Origin: Octopus vulgaris | Lineage: Eukaryota | Length of the DNA: 64,000 nt | Direction: 5' to 3' | Assembly: GCA_951406725.2 (NCBI GenBank) | Contig: OX597823.1 | Coordinates: 113,212,001 to 113,276,000, forward strand | Shown here: positions 57,569 to 64,000 of the stretch, piece after piece | Numbering within the stretch: the first letter of the stretch is position 1 | Layout: the number at the start of each line of letters is the position of its first letter | The notes under the pieces: generated by a model | What the model was told of the DNA's origin: nothing | What the model saw: the letters and a program-made list of their open reading frames with translations, nothing else | Database searches by the model: none | Program-made: the position numbers and the translations under genes

Positions 57569-57943
57569 GGCTTAGAGGACATTGTCTCAAGCTGGCTATA
57601 CGAAACATAATCTGTATCCTTATATTTTCGAACAGGAGAGATTAGCACTCCTACCCAAACCAAAGCAGTATGTGTGTGGAGCGTACGGTTTCAGGGTTCT
57701 TTCACTGCGTCGGCATAGGATAACACTGTGGCTGAGATCACGCTACTAAAAACCCGTTCGAAAATATATCTGATTTTCTATATGACACACATCACTGAAC
57801 TAATAAATAGAGACATTGCTGCTCCTAAATCTCTCGACGTGTGATATTCGTAACGAGTTTTTGCCAGCCTAATGTGAGAGTCCGGTTTGGGACGAATGCT
57901 ACTGTTGTTCAGCCTTAGGAGACATCGTCTCCAGTTAGTGATA

Positions 57944-58101
<158 letters not shown>

Positions 58102-58102
58102 T

Positions 58103-58327
58103 ATTTCTTTATTGCCCACAAGGGGCTAAACATAGAGGGGACAAACAAGAATAGACAAAGGGTTTTAAGTTGATTACATCAACCCCAGTGCGAAACTGGT
58201 ACTTAATTTATCGACCCCGTAAGGATGAAAGGCAAAGACGACCTCGGCGGAATTTGAACTCAGAACGTAACGGCAGACGAAATACGGCTACGCATTTCGC
58301 CCGGCGTGCTAACGTTTCTGCCAGCTC
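58103..58327 (-). mobile_element. SINE family A within a (TA)n tract
   Basis: Near full-length match to the family. Confidence 0.9.
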
Positions 58328-58351
58328 ATATATATAAACATGATATATCTG

Positions 58352-58665
58352 AGACCCCCTTCGGTCATAACTAACCATGTGATTGCACCTAGAAAGTTAC
58401 CCTCCGAGGCACAAGTCTGGGCAAGGTTGCTTATGGAAGAACAGCAGTCTCCCATGCATAACGGACACCTCTCTCCACGCCACTAAAGGACGATACAGCT
58501 TGGCAGCTGTGAAGTCGCAACTCACATTTCTACAGCTGAGTAAACTGGAGCAACGTGAAATAAAATGTCTTGCTCAAGAATACAACATGCACTACGGTCC
58601 GGGATTCGAGCTCACAAACTCATGATCGTACGCTCGAAGCTCTATCGACTAAGCCATGCACCTTC
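58352..58665 (-). mobile_element. SINE family D (head related to family C, different body)
   Basis: CAGCTGAGTAAACTGGAGCAACGTGAAATAAAATGTCTTGCTCAAGAA shared with 44410-44457; the 3' part is distinct. Confidence 0.7.
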
Positions 58666-58695
58666 ATGATATATGCATATGTGATATATGCATAT

Positions 58696-58776
<81 letters not shown>

Positions 58777-58816
58777 TATATTCGTGTGTATGTATATCAA
58801 TATATATATGCATATG

Positions 58817-58847
<31 letters not shown>

Positions 58848-58873
58848 ATCTATCTTCTTCCCCTTCTCGTTCT

Positions 58874-58874
58874 A

Positions 58875-58934
<60 letters not shown>

Positions 58935-58960
58935 TTTCTTCTTCTTCTTCTTCTTCTTCC
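58874..58960. repeat. (CAT)n followed by (CTT)n
   Basis: Source of the poly-D/E, poly-H and poly-S ORFs. Confidence 0.9.
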
Positions 58961-60188
58961 TTCCCCTTCCTAACTTTATCATTAATGCTTTTTAGTATTA
59001 CACCTACGCAAATTCCATAAACAAAACATTCAATAGAAATATTCTCACGAATTGAACAGCAACTGCTAGCCGCCACTGACCATACTACAAGCATGGCACT
59101 CCCAATTTCTTCGTCCACTCCCTCCCCATCTCCTCCTCCTCCTCCTTCTTCTTCCCTACCAAGGATTCACAACGACCTCGAACCCACAAGAGTAAACAAG
59201 AGAGACAGAGAAAGGCAGAAATAAGGAAAATGCCACTTATATTTGAACACTCTACAAATATTCTTTTAAAAAACTTTTATGAACGCTCATACATCCTCTT
59301 CGACGGGTGGGTCTATCATATATTCAATAGTATAAGTTTCTTGTTATAATATAAACAATCTCCCATTGAACTGCGAGCTTACTCAACACATTAGGCCGAG
59401 TTGAATTTGATTATCTTTCAACAAGAAAAATATTAAGAGTGATTTGGCAGTTTCATGCAACGAAACCATTATCGGGCTGTGGTATATTTGAGCTTATCTC
59501 GGCTTCCTATAGTCTCTGTTTAGCTAAAGATTTCTAGAATTAGCTGAACTCTGTTTAATAATAGGTTACAGTGTAAGTGGTGAGGGATGTGTTGTAGAAA
59601 AGTTTATGATAAACTTTGCCGCTGTTCTTACTCAGAAATTGTTCATCTATGTAAATAAACAATACTCATAAAAATTAATGCTGCCGTTTTAGTCTAAAAG
59701 ATTGTGCAAAATTATCTAAAAGTACTCGAATTATCAAGCAGGATTCCCACTATATACTTGCACAAACCGACATACACGAATATATATGTATATATGCAAA
59801 GAGGATAGAGGAAAAACGTAAATGAGAATTTTTTATACTAATCTATTCATTTTTAGCATTATTTTCATTTTAATTTCTAGATTTTATACATATGAATATG
59901 CACACATTTTGCCAGGCACACCTTAGCACACATTCAGCAGTCAAAACTAATATTAAATACCCACACTAGTAAGCGAATAGAAATAATATTTAAACAAACA
60001 AAAGCTCACAACTTCACCTTCATAAAATACGAAAGTAAATATTTCTACATGGCAATTACAGAACTTTCTAAAATAATGAACTCCTATAGAGAAAGATGCT
60101 GACCAACAACATTTTAACCAATTTCCATATGAAGAACACCATGACATGCTTACCTGGTAACCTCCACCATTCCCATATAAACAGGTGA

Positions 60189-60764
60189 AAGGCGGCGAGC
60201 TGGCAAAGACGTTAGCATGCCGGGCGATACGCTTAGCAGTATTTCGCCTGTCGCTACGTTCTGAGTTCAAATTCCGTCGAGGTCGACTTTGCCTTTCATC
60301 CTTTTGGGGTCGATTAAATAAGTACCAGTTACGCACTGGAGTCGATGTAATTGACTTAATCCATTTGTCTGTCCTTATTTGTCCTCTCTGTGTTAAGCTC
60401 GTTGTGGGTAGTAAAGAAATAGGTATTTCGTCTAGCGTTACGTTCAAATTCCGCCGAGGTTGACTTTGCCTTCATACTTTCGGGGTTGATTAAATAAGTA
60501 CCAGTTACGCACTGGGGTAGATATAATCAACTTAATCCGCTTGTCTTTCCTTGTTTGTCCTCTCTGTGTTTAGCCCCTTGTGGGTTGTAATGAAATAGGT
60601 ATTTCGTCTGTCTTTACGTTCCGAGTTCAAATTCAGCGGAGGTCGATTTAGGCTTTCATCCTTTCGAGGTTGATGAATTAAGTACCAGTTGCGTATTGAG
60701 GTCGATCTAATATACTGGGTCCCCACCCCACAAATTTCGGGTCTTGTGCTTAAAATAGAAAAGA
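60189..60764 (+). mobile_element. SINE A partial trimer ending in the alternative tail
   Basis: 16-bp TSD ATATAAACAGGTGAAA at 60175-60190 and 60765-60780; internal junctions GAAATAG|GTATTTCGTCT at about 60422 and 60598. Confidence 0.9.
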
Positions 60765-61351
60765 ATATAAACAGGTGAAATATCCTATCAATAACACCAA
60801 CAACGAGTAAAGCAGTCTGGTGACCTACTGAATTTACTTGCATTCTTAGCTTCGTTGTATACAAGATGACACACGTAAAAGAAAAACACAAAAAACATGA
60901 AATTACATACATTAGGTTTAAATGCTGGAATGAACTCTGAACTTCAGAATTCACACTCTCAAAGCAAAATATTAAATTTCCCATAAATATCCAAATAAAG
61001 ACAACAAATAAGCTGAGTCAAACATATTTTGGGCATCATACCAATTGTAGGTACCCACGTACTTTTGTGAACTCCTACAAAAATATCCCATGATCTAAAA
61101 CGTAACGTACTGAAATACATATGCAGTCACTACAATCAATCCAGAATTTAATTTAAAAGAACACCTCCGCATTAAACTTACCCCTACACTCTAATTAGCA
61201 TTCAATAGACGTCAGCCTCCAGTCGATAAATTTAGTTTAACACAGACTATATAACACCAAAAAGAACACAAATGTACCATAGTCCAATGGTGGGCTAGTT
61301 GGTTGAATATTCGAAGTTACTGTTAATATTTTTTTCTTAAAAAATTACAGA

Positions 61352-61419
<68 letters not shown>

Positions 61420-61650
61420 AAGGCGGCGAGCTGGCAGAATCGTTAGCACGCCGGGCGAAATGCTTTGCGGTATTTCGTCCGCCGTTGCGTTCTGAGTTCA
61501 AATTCCGCCGAGGTCGACTTTGCCTTCCATCCTTTCGGGGTCGATAAATTAAGTACCAGTTACACACTGGGGTCGTTGTAATCGACTTAATTCGTTTGTC
61601 TGTCTTTGTTTGTCTCCTCTATGTTTAGCCCCTTGTGGGCAATAAGAAAA
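61420..61650 (+). mobile_element. SINE family A, full length
   Basis: Consensus-like head, core and tail. Confidence 0.9.
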
Positions 61651-62257
61651 CATATATATATATATATTTATACACATAACCATGTGTATATATGTATGTA
61701 TAAGTGAGCACGTGTGCGTCTGTGTGAGTACAGTAAACCGTTCTTACAATGTACGAACAAAAGGAAATTTCTTCTTCATCTCCAACTTCATTTTCTTGTT
61801 TTCTTCATCTCTTCGTCTCAGGTGTTATGCCGGTGTATTCAGATGGATAGCAAGTCACATCCCTTTGTTATCCAACACCTTGCTTAAAAATACAAATATG
61901 TTTATTGTGGAGATATGAAAATTTCTTCTTTGTTTTTTTAGCATACTTTTGTGGCATATCCAGTGGTATAGCAACGCAACTTTATTTCAATTGAAAGCAC
62001 ATTGCAAGGTAATCGAATTAAATCAACGAAAAACAAAATATTCTGAAACCTTTGTCCACATTAAATTATCTATTAAAGATGGATATCGTTATTCTTTAAC
62101 GAAATATTTTCAACAACACCATAAATCAACACCATTCATCAACACCATAAATCTACAAATCTAATAGACTCAGATTTATAAAATATGCTTACATACACGT
62201 GTCCATAAATATAATGCACACACCTGCATATTCATGGCTACATTGTGTGTGTGTATA

Positions 62258-62303
<46 letters not shown>

Positions 62304-62476
62304 TATATGTATCTAGGTACGTATATCTATCTATCTATCTACCTATATATATAAATATATATATGTATATATATGTATATGTATATATATACATATATAT
62401 ATGTGTGTATATATATATATGTATATATATATAGTATGTACATGGAAATATATAGATAGTTATGTATATGTATAAA

Positions 62477-62520
<44 letters not shown>

Positions 62521-62532
62521 TGCATATATAGA

Positions 62533-62566
<34 letters not shown>

Positions 62567-63477
62567 CCGTGTGTGTGTGAGTGTGTATGTATATATAGCA
62601 TAAGTAGATAGATATACTTAGATATGTATGTATTTATGTATGTGTATGTTTTTGTGTATTCATATATAAATACATATAGATACCCACAGTAAGAGAAGTA
62701 AGATAGAGAATTATGGGGAAAGGAGTGTCAGAAAGAGATAATTATCTGCGTATTTCAGTATTGTTTGTGTATCTCTGTAATGTAAATTGCAATAGTATCA
62801 CTTCTCTTTTGGTTTCAAATTTCAATATCTGTGTATGCCAGTGCTTGTAGACGAACGGTGTGGTTTTATAATCAGAACGTAAAGAATAGGATACAGTGGA
62901 TATGTGTATATCTTTTTTTGATAATACGTGTCATAGTGTAATACGTACGTGTGCCTGTGTGTTTCTGTTGAAATTTGGCTCGTAAATAAATATCTGATTA
63001 TGTTCTACCTGTAAATATCTATTCGATACATATATATCTGTATACATATATTTCTGTTTTACTACGTATGTGTATGGTCGTGAAAATTATTGCATGTATG
63101 AGTGTAGATGTGAATGTATATATTCTATTTGAATGCGTGTTCTTCTGTGTGAGTTGTATAGTCTGGCTTGCAAAATACATCACCACATCCCACCACAATT
63201 TGATATCACATTTTCAACGAGATAAGGAAATTACAATAGAATTTATTCGAAGACATAAACTGAATAGAGGATATATAAATATGCGCCATTTGTGTATGAT
63301 AAATATCGAGTGGCATAATTTAGTTACGCATATTAACTGTTATATAGCCATAAAATATCCATCACAATTTGTATGAATTATACTAATAATAATGTCTGTC
63401 TGCGATTTTTATGGCATAAGAACCAATCGGCTGCATGTTCAAACCTTACTGGTTTGTTGATTCATAGTTATTATTTG

Positions 63478-63582
<105 letters not shown>

Positions 63583-63684
63583 TATATATATATACATATA
63601 TATACACATAATGTAAATATATATATGTATATATATATACAAACATATATATATATATATATATACATACACATACATACACAA

Positions 63685-63727
<43 letters not shown>

Positions 63728-64000
63728 AAGAGACAGAGAGAGAGAGATACACATGAGTACGTGTGTGTCTGTGTAAGACCGTGTGTATATATTGATATTT
63801 ATATCTATCTGAGTATTTACGCAACTATACATGCGGCCACACACACTCACACATCTGTAATGTGAGGAGAGACAATAGTTGATGAGTCCGACCTTAGCAT
63901 ATGACGGATAATTTAATTTATTTCAGAAGAATGAAAAGGAACATTATATTAAGGAACTCTGATGAGAATTTGTGCCGACTTCAAGTGATTTTATTGCCGT

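Noticed and set aside
57678-57720. Minus-strand CCGACGC-AG...CT-GAAACCGTA motif
   Set aside because: Two core mismatches and weak stems.
58642-59118. Acidic poly-D/E ORF and poly-His ORF
   Set aside because: Explained by (CAT)n, (CTT)n and (TA)n repeats.

Overview
AT-rich, microsatellite-dense eukaryotic (animal) intergenic or intronic DNA. The repeat landscape resembles octopus/cephalopod genomes, but that assignment is inference. I found no intact host protein-coding gene; almost all ORFs in the track are translations of simple repeats. The window holds many tRNA-derived SINEs (at least 4 families) and decayed retroelements: a Tx1/L1, an RTE, an R4/Dong, a CR1-like tail and two Penelope-like (PLE) RT/GIY-YIG remnants. 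It also holds two mariner remnants and MITEs (hAT, piggyBac-like, and a 6-bp-TSD family). The main unexplained signal is about 8 minimal type-I hammerhead ribozyme motifs in several unrelated short non-coding elements lodged among (TA)n tracts, one of them behind a tRNA-like Pol III head. Together with foldback structures and PLE remnants, this suggests a PLE-driven population of retrozymes or ribozyme-SINEs. A second signal is that the commonest SINE shares its 3' tail with the local Tx1 LINE and repeatedly joins at GGTAYTT sites inside its own copies.
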